This document shows, piece after piece, positions 18,556 through 26,717 of a DNA stretch of 45,333 bases. The stretch spans positions 1-45,333 of the forward strand of contig SKFY01000014.1 in the NCBI GenBank assembly GCA_007117755.1, in the 5' to 3' direction. Each line of letters begins with the position of its first letter. The stretch's first letter is position 1. The notes below the pieces were generated by a model. The model searched no databases. It had not been told where the DNA came from and saw only the letters and a program-made list of their open reading frames with translations. The position numbers and the translations under genes were made by a program. The DNA is from Candidatus Woesearchaeota archaeon. Lineage in GTDB: Archaea > Nanobdellota > Nanobdellia > Woesearchaeales > 21-14-0-10-32-9.

Positions 18556-19014
18556 TTATTCTCCACCAAGTAAAATACTTATTTTTTTGAAAAACTCTTG
18601 CTGAAAATGATAATATTGCGTGATTATATCAATATTCACTATTTCTTCTCTTCCATCTATATAAGTTGATAGTTTAACATGTCTTCTGTATTCCTGACTT
18701 TTTTCGGGATTAGGAGATCTGTGTATTTTTCTTAGTAAAAAACATAGTTCTACGTTATCATCTATTTCTTGATTATCCTCGTAAAGACTCTTAACCAAAT
18801 TACCTCTTTCTATAGGGGTACCGGGCATGACACTCGTTTTTTCTTGTTCAATAGCATCTTGTATTATTGCTTGGAATATGAGGTCATAAGCATCGATCAT
18901 CCTACTAACCGCATTCAACAATACATCAACAGTCCTAGTGTATTTTAGACTAACATATATTAAATGATCTACTCTTTTCAATTCTTCTTTAGCTTCTTCT
19001 AAATATTCCATCAT
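18556..19014 (-). CDS. hypothetical helical protein (paralog of 18989-19480)
   Basis: It shares the pattern A...L..VDHLI...L......D..LL and LLRKIH.....K..EYRR with the upstream ORF. Confidence 0.5.
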   Translation of the reverse strand: MMEYLEEAKEELKRVDHLIYVSLKYTRTVDVLLNAVSRMIDAYDLIFQAIIQDAIEQEKTSVMPGTPIERGNLVKSLYEDNQEIDDNVELCFLLRKIHRSPNPEKSQEYRRHVKLSTYIDGREEIVNIDIITQYYHFQQEFFKKISILLGGE

Positions 19015-19480
19015 TAGTACTTGTTACTTTACTCATTTCTTCTATAAAAACTTTTGCTTCAAATAAATAGTTTTTTAAGATTTTCAAATCTAAAGTTTTG
19101 AGCTGGTAATCTTCATTAGCAATTACGAATTTATCTTTTCTTCTGAACTCAACCGGGCTTTTTTGGTGAGAAACGTGTATCTCACGCATATTCCTTAATA
19201 ATTCAAAATAACTTTTTTTGTTAACGCCATACTTACTAAGAACTTTTTTAAAAACTATAAACCTTGATTCGAATTCAACGCTTAAAGGAGGTATTCTTTT
19301 AAACAACCTCTCATATTCTAAAACACTATTCATAGACGCCTCTAAAGCTTTATAAATAGTATTGGCTGCGCTTAACAATAGTTTAGTATCATGTAATAAT
19401 GTATAAGAAGTTAAAAGTATATGATCAGCAACACCAATTTTTTTTTTAGCTTCATGCCTTAATTCTAAGAATTTTTCCAT
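18989..19480 (-). CDS. hypothetical helical protein (paralog of 18556-19014)
   Basis: 163 aa with the ADHILLTSYTLLHDTKLLL and LLRNMREIHVSHQKSPVEFRR motifs. It overlaps the next gene by 26 nt. Confidence 0.5.
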   Translation of the reverse strand: MEKFLELRHEAKKKIGVADHILLTSYTLLHDTKLLLSAANTIYKALEASMNSVLEYERLFKRIPPLSVEFESRFIVFKKVLSKYGVNKKSYFELLRNMREIHVSHQKSPVEFRRKDKFVIANEDYQLKTLDLKILKNYLFEAKVFIEEMSKVTSTNDGIFRRS

Positions 19481-19522
19481 TCTAGTACTTATTAAATTGT
19501 TATGAATATATAAAAATTTTTA

Positions 19523-19864
19523 TTATTCTTCTGATAACTCTATGATTGTCTGAGCCAAATCACCATTATTTTTTTCTAAAGCCTTAAGAGCTTCTTCCTT
19601 TGAAACATTAGTTTGATCTATTACTGTTTGGACATCTTCTTCACTTATTTCAGGCTCGACATCTAAAGACTCTGTTCTTTCTTCACCTGTGACTTGGTAA
19701 GAAGTTTGACCCATCATATTAACTTTTTGAACACTAGGATTATCAATAACTATCTTTTCATCACCTAATAAGAATATTACTTGATTAACGGGTAAATCTT
19801 CTTGTTGAACACCCATTCTCTTCATTGCCTGCTTCATCTGCCTACTATTCATTCCTGGTATCAT
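19523..19864 (-). CDS. nac: nascent polypeptide-associated complex protein (NAC alpha homolog)
   Basis: MIPGMNSRQMKQAMKRMGV... is the NAC domain, and the C-terminal UBA-like segment is SKEEALKALEKNNGDLAQTIIEL. The ORF-track start at 19882 is a TTG that overlaps the upstream Sec61-beta stop. I prefer ATG 19864. Confidence 0.85.
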   Translation of the reverse strand: MIPGMNSRQMKQAMKRMGVQQEDLPVNQVIFLLGDEKIVIDNPSVQKVNMMGQTSYQVTGEERTESLDVEPEISEEDVQTVIDQTNVSKEEALKALEKNNGDLAQTIIELSEE

Positions 19865-19874
19865 AAAACCTTCA

Positions 19875-20036
19875 TCACCCAAAATAAAATTTAAGCCCTA
19901 AAATCAATATTATACACGTAATTATTACGAAAACAGTAGCTTCAGGACTTATCATTATATTAGAACTGTAACCATCAAAGTACCTGGTTAGTCCAGCTCC
20001 GCTACTAGGCATGTTTATCTTGTCGTTTTTTGCCAT
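19875..20036 (-). CDS. secG: preprotein translocase subunit Sec61-beta (archaeal SecG); not in ORF track
   Basis: Hand translation gives the 53-aa MAKNDKINMPSSGAGLTRYFDGYSSNIMISPEATVFVIITCIILILGLKFYFG. The PSSGAGL.RYF motif plus a C-terminal TM helix is the Sec61-beta signature. Confidence 0.75.
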   Translation of the reverse strand: MAKNDKINMPSSGAGLTRYFDGYSSNIMISPEATVFVIITCIILILGLKFYFG

Positions 20037-20075
20037 TTTGTTATTTAAGAAATATTTTTTCTTTTAAATAAGTTT

Positions 20076-20507
20076 TTATTCGTTTTCAATAGCTTGGTTT
20101 ATTTCTTCATCAATATCCTCATCTATGTCTTCAGAGTCTAAAATGTCACAGCCCTCTATACAACTTACTGTTCCTGTTCTACCATCTACTAAAAAAGTGA
20201 TTTCTGAAACAACACTTTGTGTTCTTGAGCTGAATAATCCTATTACTTTATAATCGGAACCTTCCCTGAAGGAAGTTACTACTGTGAATTGTTTATCTAA
20301 AGCTTGACCGTATACTTGGCCATATGTTTGAGCATTAGTCCTGGCTCTTGATTCAGCAATTACTGGTGCCTGATCAACAGGGCAGTCTAAAGGATTTGAT
20401 ACTTCAGAACCATCACTACAAATATATACCTCGTCTGAAGTTAGTAATAAAAAGAATAAGGCTAGTGTTACCACCACTAATGAAACTAATAATATTTTGT
20501 TTGCCAT
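20076..20507 (-). CDS. membrane-anchored protein with a PepSY-like domain and acidic tail
   Basis: N-terminal TM helix. AESRARTNAQTYGQ...YKVIGLF...ITFLVDGRTGTV resembles the PepSY pattern (...VDA.TG.V). The C-terminus is D/E-rich. Confidence 0.4.
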   Translation of the reverse strand: MANKILLVSLVVVTLALFFLLLTSDEVYICSDGSEVSNPLDCPVDQAPVIAESRARTNAQTYGQVYGQALDKQFTVVTSFREGSDYKVIGLFSSRTQSVVSEITFLVDGRTGTVSCIEGCDILDSEDIDEDIDEEINQAIENE

Positions 20508-20588
20508 TGTCTTAATAAAGGGTAAAAAGATTAAGTGATTTAAAAGTTTTTTTAAAAAACCATCTTTTTTAATGAAGAGAAGAAAAAA

Positions 20589-20900
20589 GGGGTTGGGTGA
20601 GTATAAGCCGCCTTCTGTAAACCTTCCTAGACAGGAACAGGTTTTAGTAGCATTTTACTAAGCCTCTTAAATCCAGAGTTGCATCAGCCAAGGACTCACA
20701 GTTTCATCAAATCTCTTTGTCAAAGTCTAATCCAGACGATTGTCATACCGAACAAAGAGCTGTGTCTTTTCTGAGTGGTTGCCATCCCTATTAAGGATCT
20801 CTACCATTGTTTTTTATGAAGAGTTGGCTTTTTTTTATTTGATGGGCGGACTTTCCTCCTTATAAAAATAAATAAGGATTGCTACTTGTCACCCTACCCT
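20589..20900 (-). ncRNA. rnpB: RNase P RNA
   Basis: The minus strand contains the universal CR-I GGAGGAAAGUCCGCCC and CR-V UUACAGAAGGCGGCUUAUA. The terminal P1 helix pairs GGGUAGGGUGA (5') with UCACCCAACCC (3') with one mismatch. A TATA lies ~30 nt upstream and an oligo-T follows the 3' end. Length is about 312 nt. Confidence 0.85.
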
Positions 20901-20924
20901 TTGAGAATTAGTTAATACGTATCC

Positions 20925-20937
20925 ATATTTAAATTTA
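20925..20937 (-). promoter_or_regulatory. TATA box for the RNase P RNA
   Basis: The minus strand reads taaatttaaatat, centred ~30 nt upstream of the P1 5' strand. Confidence 0.5.
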
Positions 20938-20991
20938 ATCACGAAAAAACTATTAGGTAGTAAGTAATAAAGTTTAAAAAGGATTCTGCAT

Positions 20992-21987
20992 ATGTATACT
21001 TTCATGGCTCACGATCTTTTAAGGATTAACAATATTAGTAAATCTTACGGAGATATAAAAGTTCTTAATAATATAGATTTAGATGTTAAACCAGGAGAAA
21101 TAATAGGCATTATAGGTAGTAGTGGTTCTGGAAAAACAACTTTTTTACATACAATAATAGGTTTTACTAAGCCTGACACAGGCGATGTTTTGTTTAGACA
21201 AAGACACTTAGTAGAGGGTGTTGATGATGTTGAAGATATTTACAGATCTATTTTTAAAAAGCCTTCAGAGTTTAAAAGAACATATGGATTCGCCGCTCAA
21301 GTTCCTAGTTTTTATGAAAAATTAACTGTTAAAGAAAATCTACATTATTTTGCAGAATTATATGGTTTGGGTAAGGAATCCGCTATTGCAAATATTAATA
21401 CCTTGCTTAAGCTTTTGAATTTGGAAGAACATTCTAATTTATTAGGTAAGAATTTATCAGGAGGAATGGAGAGAAGACTTGATATTGCTTGTTCTTTAAT
21501 ACATAATCCTGAATTGTTAATTCTTGACGAGCCCACGGCTGATTTAGATCCTGTTTTGAGAAAAAATATTTGGGAGATGATAAAAAAGATTAATAATAAA
21601 GGTAAGACCATAATATTATCAAGTCATCACTTGAATGAATTGGAAGCTCTTTGTGATAGGATAGCAATTATTATGAGTGGACAAATAGTGGAATTGGGAA
21701 CTCCTTCTCAGCTCAAGCAGAAATTTATAAAGACTGAAGAAATAATAATACAATCTTATCCTGGTAATTATAAAGATTTGAAGCCTGTAATAAATAAAAA
21801 TCTTAAGAAAAAAATAAGTAGTATTTCAATAGAACACGAAGGTCTTTTTGTTAAAACGGAGAATCCTCAAGAAGTTTTAAATGATATTATTAAGATATTT
21901 GAAAAAGGTAAAGAAAAAATATTGGAGTTAAAATTGACAAAGCCTAGTTTAGACGAGTTATTTATAAGCTTACAGAAGAAAAAATGA
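20992..21987 (+). CDS. ABC transporter ATP-binding protein
   Basis: Walker A GSSGSGKTT, signature LSGGMERRL and Walker B LLILDEPT. The in-frame ATG at 21004 (MAHDLL...) sits 29 nt from a TATA-like aagtttaaaaa and may be the true start. Confidence 0.85.
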   Translation: MYTFMAHDLLRINNISKSYGDIKVLNNIDLDVKPGEIIGIIGSSGSGKTTFLHTIIGFTKPDTGDVLFRQRHLVEGVDDVEDIYRSIFKKPSEFKRTYGFAAQVPSFYEKLTVKENLHYFAELYGLGKESAIANINTLLKLLNLEEHSNLLGKNLSGGMERRLDIACSLIHNPELLILDEPTADLDPVLRKNIWEMIKKINNKGKTIILSSHHLNELEALCDRIAIIMSGQIVELGTPSQLKQKFIKTEEIIIQSYPGNYKDLKPVINKNLKKKISSISIEHEGLFVKTENPQEVLNDIIKIFEKGKEKILELKLTKPSLDELFISLQKKK

Positions 21988-23906
21988 AAACTACTAATTC
22001 AATAAGGAAAAGTTTGAAAATACTTTTAAGATCTAAATCCTCTGCGATAGTAGTTTTATTAGCTCCTTTAATAATAGTCTTGATTATAGGCTTGGGTTTT
22101 TTAGATACTGGCGAGACTATTATGAATTTGGGAGTTATAACGCCAAGCACTACTGATACTACTGAAAGGTTTGTGAGGAATCTTGATACTGTAGAGAATA
22201 ATATTATAAGATATGAAGTGATTGAAGATTGCGTACTTAGTATACAAGAAGGTAGGGTTTTAGCTTGTGTTTATTTCCCACCAGGCTTTGAAATAACTGA
22301 TGAAGCGAGTGAAGAGATTACTTTTTATATTGATGAGTCAAGAATAAATCTTGTTTATAGGTTAATATCGAGTTTGAGTTTGAGTGTGGAAGGTGAACAG
22401 GCAGAGATCAGAGAAGAAATAACTAGTGATATTTTAAGTGTTCTTGATCAGACAAGCAGAGATGTGGATAGGACAATTACAGAAACTATATCTATAAGGA
22501 GTTCTATTAATACAGTTCTTGAAAAAATAGAAGATGCTTCTAAAGAGTTAGGGGATTTAGATACCAGTTCTGAAGATTTCGTTATAGATGATTATAGTTC
22601 TGAGCTTGATGATTTAGAAGAAGAGTATTCTTTATTAGTTGAGAGAGCGGAGAAAGTAATTGATGAATCTAGTCAGTTTAGTAATGAATCAGCTGCTTTT
22701 GATGATGCAATTACTGATTTAGACGATGTTTTGTATGATTCTGATGACGTAATAGAAAATTTTGAGGTTTTAAGTGATGCTTTAACGTTAGTTAGTGAGA
22801 GTTTTGTTGATTTGCAAGCTAAACTATCTGATGTTGAAAGTACCAGTAGTGAGGTTCAAAGTGCTTTAGATAGTATAGAAGATGAATTAGATGAGATTAA
22901 TACAGCTTTAGATTCTTTAAGAACTAGACAAGATTTGATGGTTGAGAGAATTGACCAAATGCAGTTTAGGGATGCGGGGAGGATAGCAAGACCCGTGGGG
23001 ACGAATATAGAGCCTATAACTAGTGACATGACTAGACTTACTTATAGCTTTCCTTATTTGTTAATGTTAGTTATAATGTTAGTAGGTGTTATGCTTAGTA
23101 GCACATTAGTTTTTATGGAAAAAGATAGTAAAGCTTATTTTAGAAATTTCACAACGCCTACAAAAAACATATTTTTTACAATGGTTACTTTTTTAACATC
23201 TGCTTTAGTAATATTTTTACAAGTTTTCATAATAATGATAGTTGCTTATTTCTTCCTTAACGTCCCAGTACTTGATAATCTTAGCGTTACAATCACTTTA
23301 TTGCTTTTAGCCACCATAGTTTTTATAATGATAGGTATGTTTATAGGTCATTTGTTTAATACTAGCGAAGCTATAACAATGGCTAATATAGCAATAGGAA
23401 GCATATTCATATTCTTATCTAATTTAATATTACCAATCGAGACTTTATCAGAAACTATACAAAAAATTTCTAGTTATAATCCTTATGTTATTATGAGTGA
23501 AAGCTTAAGAAGTAGCTTGTTATTTAACTCTACTTATCAGTCTTTATTGACTGAAATACTTCTTATCATTGCATACTCAGCCATATTATTTATTATAATA
23601 CTAGTCTTGCTAAAAATTTCTAGCTCTAAATACATATATGATTTAAGACATAAAAAAAATAAGAAGAAACAAAAAGGAGAAGATTTCATAATTAATAAAA
23701 AGAAAATAACTAGTGTAGAATCTTTATTTGAAGCTTTAGAATCTATTAGTGAAAAGGAGTATAAAGAATTAACAACGCCTAAGAACGTGATAAGCGAATG
23801 GTTAAAGGAAGAATTAGGACGAAAATATTTGGCTATGAGGATTAAAAAGAAAAACAAGAAAGACGCACTTAACATAATAAAGAAAAGACTTAAGAAAAAG
23901 AAATAA
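21984..23906 (+). CDS. ABC-2-type transporter permease with a large acidic extracytoplasmic domain and a Lys-rich C-terminal extension
   Basis: Its start overlaps the ATPase stop (ATGA). It has one N-terminal TM helix, ~300 aa of D/E/S-rich helical sequence, a cluster of ~5 TM helices and a ~90-aa K-rich tail. Confidence 0.7.
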   Translation: MKTTNSIRKSLKILLRSKSSAIVVLLAPLIIVLIIGLGFLDTGETIMNLGVITPSTTDTTERFVRNLDTVENNIIRYEVIEDCVLSIQEGRVLACVYFPPGFEITDEASEEITFYIDESRINLVYRLISSLSLSVEGEQAEIREEITSDILSVLDQTSRDVDRTITETISIRSSINTVLEKIEDASKELGDLDTSSEDFVIDDYSSELDDLEEEYSLLVERAEKVIDESSQFSNESAAFDDAITDLDDVLYDSDDVIENFEVLSDALTLVSESFVDLQAKLSDVESTSSEVQSALDSIEDELDEINTALDSLRTRQDLMVERIDQMQFRDAGRIARPVGTNIEPITSDMTRLTYSFPYLLMLVIMLVGVMLSSTLVFMEKDSKAYFRNFTTPTKNIFFTMVTFLTSALVIFLQVFIIMIVAYFFLNVPVLDNLSVTITLLLLATIVFIMIGMFIGHLFNTSEAITMANIAIGSIFIFLSNLILPIETLSETIQKISSYNPYVIMSESLRSSLLFNSTYQSLLTEILLIIAYSAILFIIILVLLKISSSKYIYDLRHKKNKKKQKGEDFIINKKKITSVESLFEALESISEKEYKELTTPKNVISEWLKEELGRKYLAMRIKKKNKKDALNIIKKRLKKKK

Positions 23907-23928
23907 AAAAAAAGGTGTTGTTTTTTAA

Positions 23929-24975
23929 TTATAAATCATCCAGATCATCCAAAGACATGACTTCTTCATCTAAATCATCATCGTCTTCATAAGATTTTTT
24001 GTTTTTTGAATCATCATCCCCTGTAATTTCTGGCTTTTCCTCTTCTTCAACACTTTGTTTTTCAGGCAGTTTTTTTATTTCTTCATCAGGATCCACATCT
24101 AATTTCATATCATAAACAACAAGCTCTAATCTCTCAAACATCTTATTCTTCTGAATCCTACCACGAAACTTAACCATTTTACCTAGTAAATCAGTCTTTA
24201 CTTCTTCAAAGCCAGAAACATCTTCTTTATACTTATTAAGTTCAGCTTCGGAAACATTCAACAATTTCAATATTTGATCTTTCCATAAAACACATCTTAT
24301 ATTATCACTTCCATCATCAACAAATAAATTAAGAACAGCACCCTCTGTACCATCTTTCATCTGGAAGAATTTAGGATCGAATACTTGAACAATAGTTACG
24401 AAAACCTCTACGTTATTATCTTCTTCTTTTAAGTCACTTATTTTTTTATGCTGAACTTCTGATTGGACTTGTTTAGCTTCCACAGATAAACCTTCCGGAT
24501 TAATTTTTATTTCAGTAGATTTTGAAGCATGAATTTCACTTCTGCCTCTGTTCTCCCTAACATCAACATTACTTATTGATAACACGTCTTCTTCTTTTAC
24601 TTTATTTAATAAATCAGCATTTTCATCCCATAATACTAACATAGTAACTCCTGTTTCGTCACCAATTAATAACCTCGCAACTTTGCCTTGACCGTCTGCT
24701 TTTTCAAATGTTCTTACTTCGTAAGTTCTTAAGACCTTAGCGTTTAAAGAAACGTTTTTCATACCACCTACTATTTTATCAATTTTGGTGACTCCTTCTT
24801 GCTTCATAAGGTCCACGCCGTATTCATTAGCTACTATGTGAGCTGCTCCTTCTTCACTTATTAAACCAGATAATTCTTCAAGTTTGTCATCTATTTTTTT
24901 CTTAACTTCTTCAGCTTTAACTTCTTTGTCAACTACTATTTTTTCAATTATTTGTTCTTTAGAAATATTAATCAT
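23929..24975 (-). CDS. replication protein A-like ssDNA-binding protein (OB folds) with an acidic tail
   Basis: N-terminal ...LSGLISEEGAAHIVANEYGVDL, then the OB-fold pattern VSLNAKVLRTYEVRTFEKADGQGKVARLLIGDETGVTMLVLWDE, a second OB fold, and a C-terminal DDDDLDEEVMSLDDLDDL. Confidence 0.75.
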   Translation of the reverse strand: MINISKEQIIEKIVVDKEVKAEEVKKKIDDKLEELSGLISEEGAAHIVANEYGVDLMKQEGVTKIDKIVGGMKNVSLNAKVLRTYEVRTFEKADGQGKVARLLIGDETGVTMLVLWDENADLLNKVKEEDVLSISNVDVRENRGRSEIHASKSTEIKINPEGLSVEAKQVQSEVQHKKISDLKEEDNNVEVFVTIVQVFDPKFFQMKDGTEGAVLNLFVDDGSDNIRCVLWKDQILKLLNVSEAELNKYKEDVSGFEEVKTDLLGKMVKFRGRIQKNKMFERLELVVYDMKLDVDPDEEIKKLPEKQSVEEEEKPEITGDDDSKNKKSYEDDDDLDEEVMSLDDLDDL

Positions 24976-25088
24976 TTTAGCTTTAATCCCCCTCGGTCTA
25001 TAAAAGGATTAATAACATTATTTATAAAATTATTGGTAAGAAAGTACGAAAAAAAAATTCGTTAAACCAATCATGATTTTTTTAATAA

Positions 25089-26717
25089 TTAATTAAATAT
25101 AAATGCGAAGTTAATTCTGAAACTTTTAGCTCTTTCCCAAAAATCTACTTTGTTTTTGTAAATATCTTTATTATCTATTACGTGATTATTAGATGCGCAG
25201 AATAAATAATGATTTTTCGTAGGTTGACAAGCTGATTTATTTATTTGAGCTTCACGCATATAAACAGTGTTGTTTTTAACCAGTAATTCTTCTACTCTGC
25301 TTTCTGCTATGTGAAAAGGAAAATTAGTTATTCCCGTTATAGTATTTAGTTTTATACTCGTATTCGTATCAATACTCACTCCTTTAAAAGAAATCATTGA
25401 ATTGTTAAACTCTAAGGTATCCATATAACCAGGAAGTGTTATGTTACAGCTACAATTACCAATACTCGTACTACAGTCTTTTATTTGACGAGCAACATCA
25501 CCTAATAAATATTCTATTCTATAACTAGCATTTGTGTACTCTCCTGCTTTAAATTGATTAAAACGATTAGGTACAATATCTAAGGTTTGTGTTCCTGTTT
25601 GAACACCTCCTTCAATAACTTCTTCAACGTCTGAAACGTTCAGGAATTCTAATGCGACGCCATTATCATATATTAATTCAACATCTCTTTCAAAGTCAAC
25701 TATGAAGACTTCATCATAATAACTATTATTGAAATAAGCTCTTTCTCCACCACTACCTTCAATGAAATCTATTAATTCTCCAGTCACGACTAAGAAATCG
25801 TCATTTGTTGATAAATTCCCGAGATTATAATCGCTTAAAGGACAAGATCTTGAAATACTAACATTCCTATTTCTTTCCAAAACTTCTTGAACACAATTAT
25901 CATAATCATCATTACAACTAGCATGTAAATCATCAACGAAATCAAAAACATCATTATAAAACAATCTCAAACCCCTTATTACATGGGTAAAAGAATAATC
26001 CCCGCGCAACATACCCATAACGGATCCTGACCTTGCGGAAGCACCAACTACATTAGCATTTTCATCTAATAAGTAAATACTAGGGAACATATTGTTAATA
26101 CGATCATCTAAAGCAGATTCATAACTAGTCCTACCCACACCTGTGTATACACCTATTTCGCAACTACCTCTATAATTAGCACCTGAATCTTCTGCTTTAT
26201 ATATTCCGTTCCAATCATTTCCATCGCCCCAATAAATATACACATAACTATTGATGGGTATGTGACAATTAGAATTAGGATCGTCATTAACAGATATGGT
26301 GAATTTAGCAGCGGGATCTGTACGTGTACTAGTAACTCCTTTGTCGAAATCGGCTTCTACTGAGCTTTCTTGTTCAACATCACTTATTGAACGCAAAGAA
26401 TAAACACCTCTGTTTGAAAATCCTCCTATTTCTTGACACATAACGTCTTCAAAAAAACCTCTTTCTTCAAAAGGAATGAAACACCAACCCCTGACACTAG
26501 CATCGAATTCTTCTCCTTTACCAGTACTCCAGTCATCATAATCCTGTCTGTCAGGAGTGTAATAAATAACGCTTTTAATATTAGTAAAGCTAGGTAAAAC
26601 TTCATCATTTTCAATAGTAGATTCTATTTCTCTTATTTGTTCACTACTAATATCAGCCGCGACTAAGGGTAATAATAAAAGTAAAGCCACTAATATTATC
26701 ATACTTGTTTTTTTCAA
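25089..26717 (-). CDS. secreted MltA/3D-domain-like (double-psi beta-barrel) putative murein lytic transglycosylase with an unknown ~300-aa C-terminal region
   Basis: Sec-type signal MKKTSMIILVALLLLLPLVAAD. IYYTP...GFFEDVMCQEIGG resembles MltA (YYEP...FF.QIQGSG). SVNDDPNSNCHIPINSYVYI...YKAEDSGANYRGSCEIGVYTG resembles the 3D domain (VAVDP..IP.G..V.I...A.DTGGAI.G..IDI). The TTG start overlaps the amidase stop (TTGA), with GGAGG 7 nt upstream. Confidence 0.5.
   Translation of the reverse strand: MKKTSMIILVALLLLLPLVAADISSEQIREIESTIENDEVLPSFTNIKSVIYYTPDRQDYDDWSTGKGEEFDASVRGWCFIPFEERGFFEDVMCQEIGGFSNRGVYSLRSISDVEQESSVEADFDKGVTSTRTDPAAKFTISVNDDPNSNCHIPINSYVYIYWGDGNDWNGIYKAEDSGANYRGSCEIGVYTGVGRTSYESALDDRINNMFPSIYLLDENANVVGASARSGSVMGMLRGDYSFTHVIRGLRLFYNDVFDFVDDLHASCNDDYDNCVQEVLERNRNVSISRSCPLSDYNLGNLSTNDDFLVVTGELIDFIEGSGGERAYFNNSYYDEVFIVDFERDVELIYDNGVALEFLNVSDVEEVIEGGVQTGTQTLDIVPNRFNQFKAGEYTNASYRIEYLLGDVARQIKDCSTSIGNCSCNITLPGYMDTLEFNNSMISFKGVSIDTNTSIKLNTITGITNFPFHIAESRVEELLVKNNTVYMREAQINKSACQPTKNHYLFCASNNHVIDNKDIYKNKVDFWERAKSFRINFAFIFN

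Noticed and set aside
19865-19882. TTG-extended N-termini offered by the ORF track for NAC (19882). Similar extensions occur at 29715 and 8909.
   Set aside because: In each case an in-frame ATG with a better SD or TATA spacing lies a few codons downstream. For NAC, the extension also overlaps the Sec61-beta stop.
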